Assembly (NCBI GenBank): GCA_963713345.1
Contig: CAVQLI010000008.1
Location: forward strand, 530,606-594,605
Direction: 5' to 3'
Length of the DNA: 64,000 bases
Origin: an uncultured Actinomycetota bacterium
GTDB lineage: Bacteria; Actinomycetota; Actinomycetes; Actinomycetales; Dermatophilaceae
In this document: positions 40,685 to 51,845 of the stretch, piece by piece
Position numbering within the stretch: the first letter of the stretch is position 1
How the letters are laid out: each line of letters begins with the position of its first letter
Notes under the pieces: generated by a model
What the model was told of the DNA's origin: nothing
Databases searched by the model: none
The model's input: only the letters and a program-made list of their open reading frames with translations
Made by a program: the position numbers and the translations under genes

Positions 40685-41074
40685 GTGCCGACGTATGCGT
40701 ATGCGTGCACCGCGTGCGGCCACGCCTTCGACGCGGTTCAGAAGTTCAGTGACTCCGCGCTGACCGAGTGCCCCGACTGCGGCGGGCGGCTGCGCAAGGT
40801 CTACACGTCGATCGGCGTCTCCTTCAAGGGCTCCGGCTTCTACCGGAACGACTCGCGCGCCTCGGGCAACGGCTCGGGCAACGGGTCCGGCACGACCAAG
40901 GGCTCCGACGGCGCGAAGCCGGCCGAGAAGTCGTCCTCGGACTCGTCCTCGCCGACGCCGTCGACCACGAAGGAGTCCTCGTCGAGCTCCTCGGGCGCCA
41001 AGGGTTCGTCGGGGTCGTCCGGCTCTTCGGGGTCGTCGGGGTCGTCGGGCAGCAGCACCGCCGCCGCGAGCTGA
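40685..41074 (+). CDS. FmdB family zinc ribbon protein
   Basis: MPTYAYACTACG...CPDCGG...FKGSGFYRND with Ser/Gly tail. Confidence 0.95.
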   Translation: MPTYAYACTACGHAFDAVQKFSDSALTECPDCGGRLRKVYTSIGVSFKGSGFYRNDSRASGNGSGNGSGTTKGSDGAKPAEKSSSDSSSPTPSTTKESSSSSSGAKGSSGSSGSSGSSGSSGSSTAAAS

Positions 41075-41184
41075 CCCGGTCGGGCGGCGTGGCCGTCCCC
41101 AGGGTCTGAGCGGATCGTCACGGCGTCCACAGGGGCGCTGACGCGCATACCGGGTCCGTCGACCACCCGCCTAGGGTCGTCGGC

Positions 41185-42018
41185 ATGACGGGTATGCCAC
41201 GGGCGGAGATCGGGGTCATCGGCGGCTCCGGGTTCTACGACTTCCTCGAGGGCGCCGAGCGCGTCCACGTCGACACGCCCTTCGGCGACCCGAGCGACGA
41301 CCTGGTGGTCGGTGAGCTGCGGGGCCGCCGCGTGGCGTTCGTGGCCCGGCACGGCAAGGGTCACCGGTTCCCGCCGCACCTGGTGCCCTACCGGGCCAAC
41401 CTCTGGGCGCTCCGCTCGCTCGGGGTGCGTCAGGTCCTCGCCCCGTGCGCGGTCGGCTCGTTGCGGCGCGAGCTGGGTCCCGGCACGGTCGTCGTCGTCG
41501 ACCAGGTCGTCGACCGCACCTGGGGACGGCCGCACTCCGTCTACGACCAGCTCGGTGCGGTGGTCCACGTCGGGTTCGCCGAGCCGTTCTGTCCGCGCGG
41601 CCGGCCGGTGGTCGTCGCGGCGGCGCGGCAGGCCGGGCTGGCCGTGGCGGACGGCGGCACGTTGGTGGTCGTCAACGGTCCGCGGTTCTCGTCGCGGGCG
41701 GAGAGCCAGTGGCACCAGCAGTCGGGCTGGAGTGTCGTGGGGATGACCGGGATGCCCGAGGCGGCCATCGCCCGGGAGCTGGCCCTGTGCTTCACCACCG
41801 TCGCCCTGGTGACCGACCTCGACGCGGGGGTCGAGGGCGAGTCGGGCGTGACGCACGAGGAGGTCCTCCAGGTCTTCGCCCAGAACATCGAGGGCCTCAA
41901 AGCCGTCCTCACCGACGCCGTCGAGGCCCTGCCGCCGGCCGAGTCCGACGAGGCGGCCACCTGTGGGTGCCGGCGTGCCCTGGACGGGCTCACCCTGCCG
42001 TTCGCGCTGCCGACATGA
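41185..42018 (+). CDS. mtnP: S-methyl-5'-thioadenosine phosphorylase
   Basis: IGVIGGSG, RHGKGH, YRANLWAL, GPRFSSRAES, GMTGMPE and TDLDAG motifs. Confidence 0.93.
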   Translation: MTGMPRAEIGVIGGSGFYDFLEGAERVHVDTPFGDPSDDLVVGELRGRRVAFVARHGKGHRFPPHLVPYRANLWALRSLGVRQVLAPCAVGSLRRELGPGTVVVVDQVVDRTWGRPHSVYDQLGAVVHVGFAEPFCPRGRPVVVAAARQAGLAVADGGTLVVVNGPRFSSRAESQWHQQSGWSVVGMTGMPEAAIARELALCFTTVALVTDLDAGVEGESGVTHEEVLQVFAQNIEGLKAVLTDAVEALPPAESDEAATCGCRRALDGLTLPFALPT

Positions 42019-42779
42019 GGGGCGTGGCGACGGCGGCCAAGCCGGCGGCATCGGCGGCATCGGCGGCGGCATCGGCGCCGGCTGCCGGTGCGACGGCCGG
42101 CGACCAGCGCGACCCGCCGTGGGGACGCACCCGGTGGGGACGCCCTCGGTGGGGGCCGGTCTCCCGTCGGCGGCGTTGGCGCCGGTCCCAGGCCGTGCAG
42201 CTGGTCGCCGTCGCACTGGTCGCGGTCGCCGGGTGGGTGACGGTGAGCGCCCTCCTGCCCGCGCCGGTCGATCCCGGAGTGGCGACGGTCGTGGCGGTCC
42301 ACGACGTGGCGCTCGGGTCGACGCTGACGGCGGCCGACGTGCGCGTCGAACGGCGGCGGGCCGACGAGCGACCGGCCGGCGCTCTCGACGACGTGAGTGC
42401 CGGGGTCGGTCAGGTGGTCTCGGGCCCGGTGCTGGCCGGCGAGATCGTCACGTCGGCGCGGTTCCGTGGCGCGACCCAGCTGGCCGGGCTGGCGCCGGGG
42501 TTCGTCGCCGTGAGCCTGCCGGTCGCCGACGGGGTGCTCCTCGGAACCCTTCGGCCGGCGGACATCGTCTCGGTGCTGGCCGCCGGGACGGGCCAACCGC
42601 TGGCCGCGGCGGCGAGAGTGCTGACGACCGAGCTCGCCGGGTCGGGCGTGCTGACGGCCGGTGCCGGCCAACAGGGACATCTCGTGGTCGCGGTGACCCC
42701 CGACGAGGCCCGCGCGCTCGCGGTGGCCATGGGCGCGGCGGGTGCTCCAGGCGGGTTCCTCGTCGCCGTCAGGGGGTGA
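42015..42779 (+). CDS. SAF domain (CpaB-like) protein
   Basis: TM helix then VVAVHDVALGSTLTAADV and GEIVTSARF; syntenic upstream of mscL. Confidence 0.8.
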   Translation: MRGVATAAKPAASAASAAASAPAAGATAGDQRDPPWGRTRWGRPRWGPVSRRRRWRRSQAVQLVAVALVAVAGWVTVSALLPAPVDPGVATVVAVHDVALGSTLTAADVRVERRRADERPAGALDDVSAGVGQVVSGPVLAGEIVTSARFRGATQLAGLAPGFVAVSLPVADGVLLGTLRPADIVSVLAAGTGQPLAAAARVLTTELAGSGVLTAGAGQQGHLVVAVTPDEARALAVAMGAAGAPGGFLVAVRG

Positions 42780-42916
42780 GTCACTCCGGTCGGACCCCAG
42801 TGCGCCAGCGAGCGGACGCGTTCATCCCGACGACACACGCCTTCGCTAGGGTCCAGATTTCCGGTTCAGGCTCCGAATGCACTTCCCTCGGTTACTTGGG
42901 GAAGGGAAGGAACATC

Positions 42917-43372
42917 GTGCTCAAGGGTTTCAGGGACTTCATCCTTCGCGGCAACGTGATCGACCTCGCGGTCGCGGTCGTCATCGGCGCCGCGTTCGCC
43001 GCCATCGTCACGGCCTTGGTCAACAACATCATCAACCCGCTCATCGCCGCCGTCTTCCAGGCACCGAACATCGCCGAGGTGGGCAACTTCACGATCAACG
43101 GCGCGAACTTCTCGATCGGCACGGTGCTCCAGGCGGTCATCAACTTCCTCTTCGTCGCTGCCGCGGTCTACTTCGTCCTGGTGGCCCCGATGAACAAGCT
43201 CATGGCCATGCGCAAGCAGGGCGAGGAGCCCCCGCCCGAGGCTCCCTCGGAGGAGATCCTGCTGCTCACCCAGATCCGCGACCTGCTCGGTGGCGCGGAC
43301 ACCACCGTCGTCGGTCCGCCCGCGGGCGCCCCAGGTCCGGACGACACCCCGCCCCCGGCGGCGGCGCGCTGA
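42917..43372 (+). CDS. mscL: Large-conductance mechanosensitive channel
   Basis: KGFRDFILRGNVIDLAVAVVIGAAF and EILLLTQIRDLL motifs. Confidence 0.97.
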   Translation: MLKGFRDFILRGNVIDLAVAVVIGAAFAAIVTALVNNIINPLIAAVFQAPNIAEVGNFTINGANFSIGTVLQAVINFLFVAAAVYFVLVAPMNKLMAMRKQGEEPPPEAPSEEILLLTQIRDLLGGADTTVVGPPAGAPGPDDTPPPAAAR

Positions 43373-43450
43373 CCACGTCGACCTGCCTCCGGCGGAGCGA
43401 GGTCAGCGTCCGAGCAGCACTTTCGCTCTACCCCACCGGGTAGCGCGGGT

Positions 43451-43499
43451 GATCGTGGTCGATCGTCGACCCCCTGGGGTCAGCTGATCGACCACGATC
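43451..43499. terminator. Long stem-loop downstream of mscL
   Basis: GATCGTGGTCGATC (43451-43464) pairs with GATCGACCACGATC (43486-43499); inner GACCCC/GGGGTC stem. Confidence 0.6.
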
Positions 43500-43599
43500 C
43501 GCCCCGGACCGGCCGGCTCCGCAGGGCTTGGGCCGGACCGGCCGGCTCCTCGCGCAGGGATCTTCACCACGTGTCTGCGCGGCGCTCTAGGGTGCGGAC

Positions 43600-43998
43600 A
43601 TGTTCGACCACGTGGGCATCCAGGCGGCTGACGTCGACGCGGCCGTCGCGTTCTATCTCAAGGTCTTCGGACCGATCGGCTTCACGGAGGCCGTCCGCCA
43701 TCCGGTGGGCGACTCCTCGGCCGTCGGGATCGCCGGCCGCAAGGGCTTCCCGGGATTCTGGGTCGGCCCCGCGGGCGGACCCGAGACCCGCGAGCTGCAC
43801 ATCGCGTTCAACGCCCTCAGCACCGACGAGGTCGACGCCGTGCACCGAGCCGCTCTCGACGCCGGTGCCGAGATCCTCCACGCGCCACGCATCTTTCCGG
43901 AGTACCACCCCGGCTACTACGCGGTCTTCGTCCGCGACCTCGACGGCCACAACGTCGAAGCGGTCCACCACATCCAGGGCGAGGCCTCCGGCGGCTGA
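43600..43998 (+). CDS. VOC family protein
   Basis: MFDHVGI, LHIAF, YHPGYYAVFVRDLDGHNVEAV motifs. Confidence 0.92.
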   Translation: MFDHVGIQAADVDAAVAFYLKVFGPIGFTEAVRHPVGDSSAVGIAGRKGFPGFWVGPAGGPETRELHIAFNALSTDEVDAVHRAALDAGAEILHAPRIFPEYHPGYYAVFVRDLDGHNVEAVHHIQGEASGG

Positions 43999-44021
43999 CC
44001 TGGGTCCGGCCAGGGATCAGG

Positions 44022-44061
44022 GCGGTGGATCGTCCCCCCTCTGAGGGGAACATTCCACCGC
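44022..44061. terminator. Hairpin between convergent genes
   Basis: GCGGTGGA pairs with TCCACCGC, with an inner CCCCT/AGGGG stem. Confidence 0.55.
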
Positions 44062-44104
44062 GATCCTCACGGCGCCCCCGTTGACGACCCGACCTGCCCG
44101 TCGG

Positions 44105-47100
44105 TCAGCCCCAGTGCGGCGGTCGCTGGTCGCGCAGCCACTGCTCGTGGGTGCCGTCCTCCCGCCGTTCGCCCCACCCGGCATCGGTGTCGTCGGTGGT
44201 CTGAGCCGTGGTGTCGGCCGGGTTGGCAACGTCCTGGGTCCCCCGCCGGAAGGCCCGCCTGCGCTGCCGCTTCGTGCTGCCGTCGGACGCCGACCCCTCG
44301 GACTCGGAGGCCTCGGTCGGCGACACCTCGGTACTCGACGCGTCCGGTCCGGACTCGTCGGTCTCCGCCCCTTCGGCGTCCGCCGGCGGTTCGGTCGTGC
44401 TCGAACCGACCAAGGCTCGCGCCTCCTCCCGGACCACCGTGACGATCCGGGCCACGTCGCGGGCCGGGTCCCGGTAGAGGTCCGTGCTCCACACCCGCAG
44501 GTGTCGCCAGCCCCGCCGCTCGAGCTCCTGCGGCCACAGGCGGTCACGTTCCCGCGTACCGCGCCACGTCGCATACCCCGGTCCGTCCCCGTCGACGGCG
44601 ACGAGCCACCGGTCGGGGTGACCCGGCACCGTGACGGCGAGGTCGACCCGGTGCGGGCCGGTCCCCACCCGCTCGCCGACGAGGAGGCCTTCGCGACGCA
44701 AGCGCTCGGCCAGCTCGGTCATCAGCGGGTCCGGCGCGGTCCGTAGGCCCTCCGACTCCTCGGAGGGCGCGGTACCGCCGGACGAGGCCGCCAGCAGCAG
44801 GTCCCGCAGTACGACCCCGCCCTCGCGGAGGCGGCTCTCGTCCAGCTCGTCCGGCGCGAGCGAGGACACGACGGTCAGCCGGCGCCGGGCGGCCGTGAGC
44901 GCAGCGCGTAGCTGTCGGTGAGCGTCGGGCGCGGACAACGCCGGGAACCGGTGCAGAACCCGCCCGTGAGCAGTCTTCCCGTAGCCCACGCTGAGCAGCA
45001 CGGCGTCGCGCCGGAGCCCGGCCGTCGCGCCCAGGGAGACCACGGCGACCGGCCGATCGGTCTCGACCCCGAGGTACGCCAGCACCTCCGGCTCCGCTGC
45101 AGCGTCGAGCGCGCCGACGGCGGTCGCGAGTGCCCAGCGGATCCGTTCGGCGTGACGCTCGGTCAGCGAGACCACGCCCAGCGACTCGTCCCGACGCTCG
45201 CGCGCGTGCTCCAGGACCAACGCGACGACGCGGTCGACCTCGGTGTCGGTCGAGTCGATCGTCGCGTCCTCACCGGGTTCGAGCGCGGCCCGGCCGTCGA
45301 CGACCTCCAGGCGGACCGTCGGGTCGAGGACCGGGCTGGGCGGGGCGACGAACGAGTCCGCATACCCGCTGCCCGCGACGCCGAGGAGGCGAGGGTCCGC
45401 ATACCCGTGCGTCCAGCGCAGCCGGTGGACCGGGAGCAGCGCGGTCAGGTCCTCGAGCAGGGACCGGGGTGCCGGACCCTCCTCGAGGGTGCCACCCGGA
45501 CCGGCGGAGAACCCGGTCGGCCAGGTCGCCTGCGGGTCGCCGACGGCGACGACCTGTCGGGCCCGCGACAGCGCGCTGACCGCGGCGGCGGTCGTCAGTG
45601 ACCCCGCGCCGGCGACGACCACGACGTCGAACCACGGGCCCGGCGGCAAGCGCTTCGCCGACCACCAGCGGGCTCATCGCCCAGCACGGCGCCGACCCCA
45701 GGAGCAGGTCGGACGCGGGGTCGAACGCCTGGTGCAGCGATGTCGGCCGCCCGGCGCGGTCGGCCTCGGCTCTCAGCATCGCCGCAGCGGTGCGGTTTCC
45801 CTCGAGGGCCGAGGTATGCCACGCGGCGGCCTCGACGCGGGTCTGCCGAGCGGTCGCCGTGAGGTGCTGCCGGTCGTCGGACGCGTAGCCCGCGGCGGCG
45901 GACCGCAGCCCGGTGCCGTCGTGCTGCCCGTAGCGCGGGTCGCTGTCGGTGACGTGGCGGGCAATCGACACCCACCAGATGTGCTCGAGCTCCGCGGTGA
46001 CCTCGTCGGCCTCGACGCCCCGCGCCGCGAAGTCGTCGACGACCTCGCCCATGCCGGCGGCCCGCAGGTCGTCGATCACGGGGACGACGGCCGGGAGCAC
46101 CGCGAGCCGCTCCGGTCGAGCGGCCAGGGCGGCCAGCCGGGTCCGCAGCTGCGACAACGGGGTCGTCGCCAGGTCACCACCAGAGGCGGTCGAAGCCAGT
46201 CGCTCACCGAGCCAGGTGAGGTCGGCGTCGAGCTCGTCGTAGGCGTCCTGCGCCTCGTCCAGCCGAGGCGAGATCTCCGGTCGGCCACCGGCCCCCACCA
46301 GGGCGTTCCAGGCGCTGCGCTGGGTCCGCGCGCGCACCAGTTCCGCGTGGAGGTCCTCGGGCGGATGGCCCGGCCGCAGCAGCCGACTCGCCAGGCGCCG
46401 TACACGGGACCGTGCCCACCAGCCGAGCTCGACGCCCTGGGCCTGCCGGTACTCACGGGTTCCGGTCGCCGCGACGTGCTCGTCGAGCGGGACGTCGAAG
46501 ATCTCCGGCCGGAACACCTCGAGGGTGTCCCGGACCCCCGCCATCGTCGTCAGCGTCGTCTTCCAGTCCTGGACGGTGCGCGCCGCCGGCAGGGAGGACT
46601 CCGCGAGGATCTCGTCGAGCGTGGTGGCCCGTGTGTCGAACCCGCCGTCGGCCAGGCGGGTCACGATCGACGACGCCCTGCTCACCTCCGCGTCGCTGGT
46701 GATCCGGGCGCCGTACCAGGGGTCGCCGGCCTCGCCCGACGACCAGGCCCCGACCGCCGCCGCTCCGGCCAGCTCGTCGGCCAGCTCGAGCAGCCGCTCG
46801 CGCGACAGCCGGGCCAGCGCGGCCCCGCGGATCCGCACCCGGGACGCCGGCGGCGGCTGACGCGAGCCCAGCTCGCTGATCGCGCACTGTGCCTCGTGGA
46901 CGCTGACCCCCCACGGAACCCGGACCTCGTGGAGTGCGGCCACATGGTCGCGGAGCGCGTCGCGCTGCGTACGCAACCGGCCTTGGAGCTTGCTGCCCTC
47001 GATGGGCAGGCGGTCGGCCCACGACTCGTCCACCCCGGGCGCTCCGACGAGCCCGACGAGCTGGGCCAGGGTGCCGCGGTGGTCGAACAGTCCGGCGCCG

Positions 47101-48206
47101 ACGTTCGCGACCAGCGACCCGAGCCCGACGGACTCGAGGCGGCGGCGGACGTCGTCGATCTCCGACCGCTGCTCCGCGACGAGCAGCACCGAGTTGCGCT
47201 GGCCGGCGAGGGCGGCCACGACGTTCGCGATGGTCTGGGTGGTACCGGTTCCGGACGCGGCGTGCACCACGACGTCCTCACCGCGGAGCACCGCCTCGAC
47301 CACCCCGCTCTGGGCCGCGTCGGCGTCGAGGACGATCCGCTCGCCGGCCGGGTCAGGATCGGGGTCGAGGTCGGCGGCCGGCTCGACCGGTATGCCATCG
47401 GTCGTGTCGGTCGGTTCCGACAGGGATCCCTCCGCGGCAGCGACGGCCCGCGCCGCCAGGGCCCCGATGACGGCATGCCCGGCCAGGCGCTCGGCCGACG
47501 ACGGCTCGGCCAGCTCGCCGAGGTCGCCGACCATGGCCAGCTTCCCGTGCGGGAACGTGCCCACGAGCATCCGCGGCGTGATGGTGAACCCCGGCAGCCC
47601 CTCGCAGAGGCGACCGAGGGCCGCATACACGGGGTAGGGGTCGAAGCCGCTGGTGACCGTGGCCATCGCCGCGAGCGACGCGGTGTCGAGGTCGATGCCG
47701 GCCGTGGACCGGAGGTACTGCTCGAGGACGGGGTTGACCTCGACCTCGTCGCCGAGGACGACGTCGTAGTCGCCGGCCGCGGCGTCGGTCGGCCGCAGCA
47801 CGCAGGACCGCAGCAGCACCGGTGCGTGCGGCGGGGTCGGCGCGCCCGGGTGCTCCCAGGTGGCCATGCCCGCCGCGAGGAACGACGTCTCCAGTCCGCG
47901 GGTGGCCGCGAGCGAGACCGCCCGGCCGCGGATGTCCGCGGCGCGGGCGCGAGCCTCCCCGAGCGCCGCCCGCTCGCGGACCAGGTCCGACAACCGCGTC
48001 GGCCGGCCGGCGAGGAGCATCGACACCCCGCCGGGATGCGCGGTGGTGAGGTCGAGCACCGCGTTCGGCTGCTCGACGTACCAGAGCAGGGTGTTGGGGC
48101 CACCAAGCGTGGACAGCTGCCGCCGCCAGCCGGCGAGAGCGGCCGCCACGGCCTCGGCCCGCTCGGGCGTGCGCGTGGCGTCGCTCTCGAACGGGCCCGG
48201 ACTCAC
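44105..48206 (-). CDS. DUF4011 - SF1 helicase-like - Vsr/MTES_1575-like nuclease-domain protein with degenerate motifs; frameshift at about 45652
   Basis: WRRQL...GGPNTLL N-terminus, CWAMSPLVV, HRLRWTHG, RRDAVLLSVGY, ALTAARRR, RERDRLWPQELERRGWRHLRVWS. Confidence 0.8.
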
Positions 48207-48243
48207 CCGCAGAGGCTAACCAACGAGAGCGGCAGCCCTCGGC

Positions 48244-49432
48244 TTACGGTCCGGCAGGGCGAGCCGGAAGATCTTGCCCCAGGTGGAGCCGACCTGCTTC
48301 CACAGCGGGCCGGTCGTGTAGGGCAGGCCGTAGCGCTCGCAGATCTCGCGGACCTGGACCGCCACCTCGGCGTACCGGTTGGACGGCAGGTCCGGGAAGA
48401 GGTGGTGCTCGATCTGGTGCGACAGGTTGCCGGTCATCAGGTGCATGGCCTTGCTGCCGGAGATGTTCGCGGAGCCGATCATCTGGCGGACGTACCAGTC
48501 GCCGCGGGTCTCGCCCTCGATCATCTCCTCCGTGAACGTGTCGGTCCCGTCGGGGAAGTGGCCGCAGAAGATCACCGCGTGGGCCCAGACGTTGCGGATC
48601 GCGTTGGCGGTGAGCGTGCCGAGCAGCGCCTGCACGAACGAACCGGTCAGCGCGGCGACGGCCGGCGTGGCGACATAGTCCTTGGCGAACTGGGTCGCGA
48701 TCTTGCGGCCCATGGCCTTGAGGTCCGCGCCGAAGGTCGGTCTTGGACTTCTTCCCCTCGGCGAAGTCCTGAAGCTCGAGGTCGTAGACGGCGATGCCCC
48801 ACTCGAAGATCGGCGCCAGCATCGCGTTGTAGAGCGGGTTGCCCAGGTTCCAGGGCTGCCACTCCTGCTTCGGGTCCATCCGCAGGAGGTTGTAGCCCGA
48901 CGTCGCGGTCCTTGCCGATGACGTTGGTCCACGTGTGGTGCAGGTCGTTGTGGGTGTGCTTCCACGAGGCGGCGGGCGTGACGAAGTCCCACTCCCAGGT
49001 CGTCGAGTGGATGTCGGGGTCGCGCATCCAGTCCCACTGGCCGTGCAGGACGTTGTGGCCGATCTCCATGTTCTCGAGGATCTTCGCGACGCTCAGCATC
49101 GCGACGCCGGCGACCCAGGCCGGCGGCAGGCTGGCGAAGACGAGGCAGGCGCGCCCGCCGATCTCCAGGCTGCGCTGGGTGCGGATCACGCGGCGGATGT
49201 ATGCCGCGTCCTTGGCGCCGCGGTCGGCCAGGACGGCGTCGCGGATGGCGTCGAGCTCGCGGCCGAGCTCGGCGACGTCCTCGTCGGTGAGGTGCGCGGC
49301 GGCGACCGGGCGGACCGCCGGGTGGCCCTCCTTGGCGAGGACGGGACGCCGGCGCAGGGTCTTCACATCCGTCGCCGCGGTGTCGGGCGCCGGAGCGAGT
49401 CGGGTCAGGGTGGTCATGGGCAGAGCAGTCAT
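48244..49432 (-). CDS. Acyl-CoA (fatty acid) desaturase, DesA3-like; frameshifts at about 48898 and 48742
   Basis: His boxes ENMEIGHNVLHGQWDW, HTHNDLHHTWTN and LSHQIEHHLFPDLP. Confidence 0.9.
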
Positions 49433-49443
49433 GGTGGTGCTCC

Positions 49444-50500
49444 TCAGATCTCGAGGTGGACGGGTCCCGCCGCAGCGGAGATACAGGTCTGGATGAGTTG
49501 GCCTTCGTCCCCGTGGACCTCGCCGGTGCGCAGGTCGCGCACCTGGCCGGCGAGCAGGGGGGTGAGGCAGCTCTGGCAGATGCCCATGCGACAGCCGCTG
49601 GGCATGACGACACCGGCGTCCTCGCCGGCTTCGAGGATGGGGGTCGAGCCGTCGACCTCGACTTCGCGGTCGGAGGCCTCGAAGGTCACGAGGCCGCCTT
49701 GGCCACCGGCACCGTCGAGCAGCACCGCGGCGAACCGTTCGACGCTGAGCTGGTCGGGCACGTTCGACGACTGCCACAGTGCGGTCGCGGCGTCGAGCAT
49801 CTCGGGAGGACCGCAGACGTATGCGGCGCGGCCCTTCCAGTCGGGGACCACGGTGTCCAGGTCGTCGGTCCGCGTCAGGTCGATGCGGCCGCGTTCGGTG
49901 GTCACCCAGTGGGCGACGCGGAGTCCGGGGTACTCGTCGCCGAGAGCCGGCGAGCTCCTCGCGGAACAGGGCGTCGTCGAGCGTCCGTGAGGAGTGCACG
50001 AGCACGACGTCGGCGTCACGACGGCGCCCGACGAGCGTGCGAATCATCGACATCACCGGGGTGAGGCCGCTGCCGGCGGTGAGCATGAGCAGGGGACGGG
50101 GGTGTTCGGGCAGGACGAAGTCGCCCTGCGGAGGGGCGAGGAAGAGCACGTCGCCCGGACGGGTCCTCCGGACCAGCGCCTCGGACACCTTGCCGTTGGC
50201 GGTGACCGTGATGGCGGGGTCCGCGCCGGACGGGGTGCTCAGCGAGTAGGACCGCCAGTGCCGCACGCCGTCGATCTCGACGCCGATCCGGGCGTACTGG
50301 CCGGCCTGGTGGGCCTGCCAGCCACGCCCGGGCCGGAAGTGGATGGTCGCCGAGTCCGGGGTCTCGGGGACGACGGCCGTGACGACGCCGCGGAGCTGGC
50401 GAGCCGAGCTCAGCGGGTTGACCAGCCAGAGGAAGTCCTCCGGTGCGCGCGGCGTCGTGAAGACCGACGCCACACGGCTCAGGGGACGGATCTTGCTCAC
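49444..50500 (-). CDS. Ferredoxin reductase partner of the desaturase (FAD/NAD-binding plus 2Fe-2S); frameshift at about 49950
   Basis: RHWRSYSL, TAGSGLTP, YVCGP and GCRMGICQSC...IQTC motifs. Confidence 0.9.
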
Positions 50501-50599
50501 CTATCCAGAGTGACAAGGAACCGACCCCCGGCGCTCCTATCGTGGCATACGATGTAACCCACGAAACTATTGCGCCGTGATAGACCCTAGGGCTTTGCT

Positions 50600-51796
50600 G
50601 TGACGATTACTCCACCAGACCCGCCGTGGTTAGCCGTGCCAACACAGATCAGTGAGATGCTACGGCCTCGGTTGACCGACGTCGTGGAGGAGGTCATCGC
50701 GGCGGTCGCCGTCGCCGTCCCCGCCTACGCACGACCCCTCGAAGGACGGTTCGGCGACGGGGTCCGGCAGGGCGTGGAGGTCGCCCTCGGTCGGTTCCTC
50801 GAGCTGCCCGGGACGACCGAACCGGCACTCACTCCGGACAGCCGGCGGGTGTATGCGGCCCTCGGGCGCGGCGAGGTCCGCCAGGGGCGCACCCTCGACG
50901 GCCTGCTCTCCGCCTACCGGGCGGGGGCCCGGGTCACCCTGCGCCGGATGTCGCGCGACGCCCTCGAGGCCGGGCTGGACACCGAGGCACTGGTGGCCCT
51001 CGGCGAGTCGATCCTCGCCTACATCGAGGAGCTGTCCGCGGCGAGCGCCGAGGGGTTCGCCTTCGAGCAGTCCGAACGCGCCGGCGAGATGGACCGCCGG
51101 CGGGTCGAGCTGCTCGAGCTGCTCCTGCACGGAACCGCCGACGACGTCGCGGCCCAGGAGGCGTCCGCGGCCGCCGGCTGGGTCCTGCCGAGTGCCCTCG
51201 TGGCGGTGACCATGCCCCTGGACGAGGCCTCCGGCGTCCGCTTCCAGCTGGGGTCGCGGGCGCTCACGATGGCCCGCGCCACCGACGCGGTGGCGCTGGT
51301 ACCGGCCCCGAGAACGGCCCGAGAGCGGACCGAGCTGGAGCGGGCGCTGCGCGGCCGGCGCGCGGTGATCGGTCCCGCCCGCGACTGGCGGCGCGCACCG
51401 GACTCGCTGCGTCTGGCCACCACCGCGGCGACCTCGCTCTTCCGCGGCCCCGGGCGGGACGAGGCCGACGAGAGTGCGCGGCCGGTGTGGGTCGAGGAGC
51501 ACCTCGCCGATCTCGTCGTCGGCGCCGAGTCGCAGGCGCTCGACGACCTCGCGGAGCTGCGGCTCGCCCCGCTGACCGGGCTGCGGCCGGCCTCGCGGCA
51601 GAAGCTGGCCGACACCCTGTACGCCTGGCTGCGCCACTGGGGCCAGCGCGCCCCGATGGCCGCCGAGCTCAACGTGCATCCACAGACCGTGGGCTACCGG
51701 CTGACCCAGCTGCGTGAGCTGTTCGGCGACGCCCTGGACGACCCGCAGGTGCGCTTCGAGCTGGAGCTCGTGCTGAGGGCTGGACGTGCCTTCTGA
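50600..51796 (+). CDS. PucR/CdaR family transcriptional regulator
   Basis: C-terminal HTH LADTLYAWL...LNVHPQTVGYRLTQLRELFG; divergent from the desaturase operon. Confidence 0.9.
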   Translation: MTITPPDPPWLAVPTQISEMLRPRLTDVVEEVIAAVAVAVPAYARPLEGRFGDGVRQGVEVALGRFLELPGTTEPALTPDSRRVYAALGRGEVRQGRTLDGLLSAYRAGARVTLRRMSRDALEAGLDTEALVALGESILAYIEELSAASAEGFAFEQSERAGEMDRRRVELLELLLHGTADDVAAQEASAAAGWVLPSALVAVTMPLDEASGVRFQLGSRALTMARATDAVALVPAPRTARERTELERALRGRRAVIGPARDWRRAPDSLRLATTAATSLFRGPGRDEADESARPVWVEEHLADLVVGAESQALDDLAELRLAPLTGLRPASRQKLADTLYAWLRHWGQRAPMAAELNVHPQTVGYRLTQLRELFGDALDDPQVRFELELVLRAGRAF

Positions 51797-51845
51797 GGGA
51801 GGAGGCGGCCGGGTAGCGTCAGAAATCCGCGCGCGGCAAAGGGGC

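Noticed and set aside
40860-41070. Ser/Gly low-complexity repeat
   Set aside because: Normal disordered tail of FmdB-family proteins.
36305-42018. Penicillin acylase and antiporter as a resistance island
   Set aside because: This order matches the conserved actinomycete core block; no mobility signatures.
43504-43549. 17-bp direct repeat CCGGACCGGCCGGCTCC twice
   Set aside because: Two copies of a very GC-rich sequence; most likely a local duplication with no supportable function.
45243-49496. 1417-aa + strand ORF, and other long antisense or alternate-frame ORFs (3756-5870, 33090-35138, 33514-35772, 36428-38995, 56634-59090)
   Set aside because: Arg/Gly/Pro-rich shadows of genuine opposite-strand genes, expected at this GC content; no family motifs.
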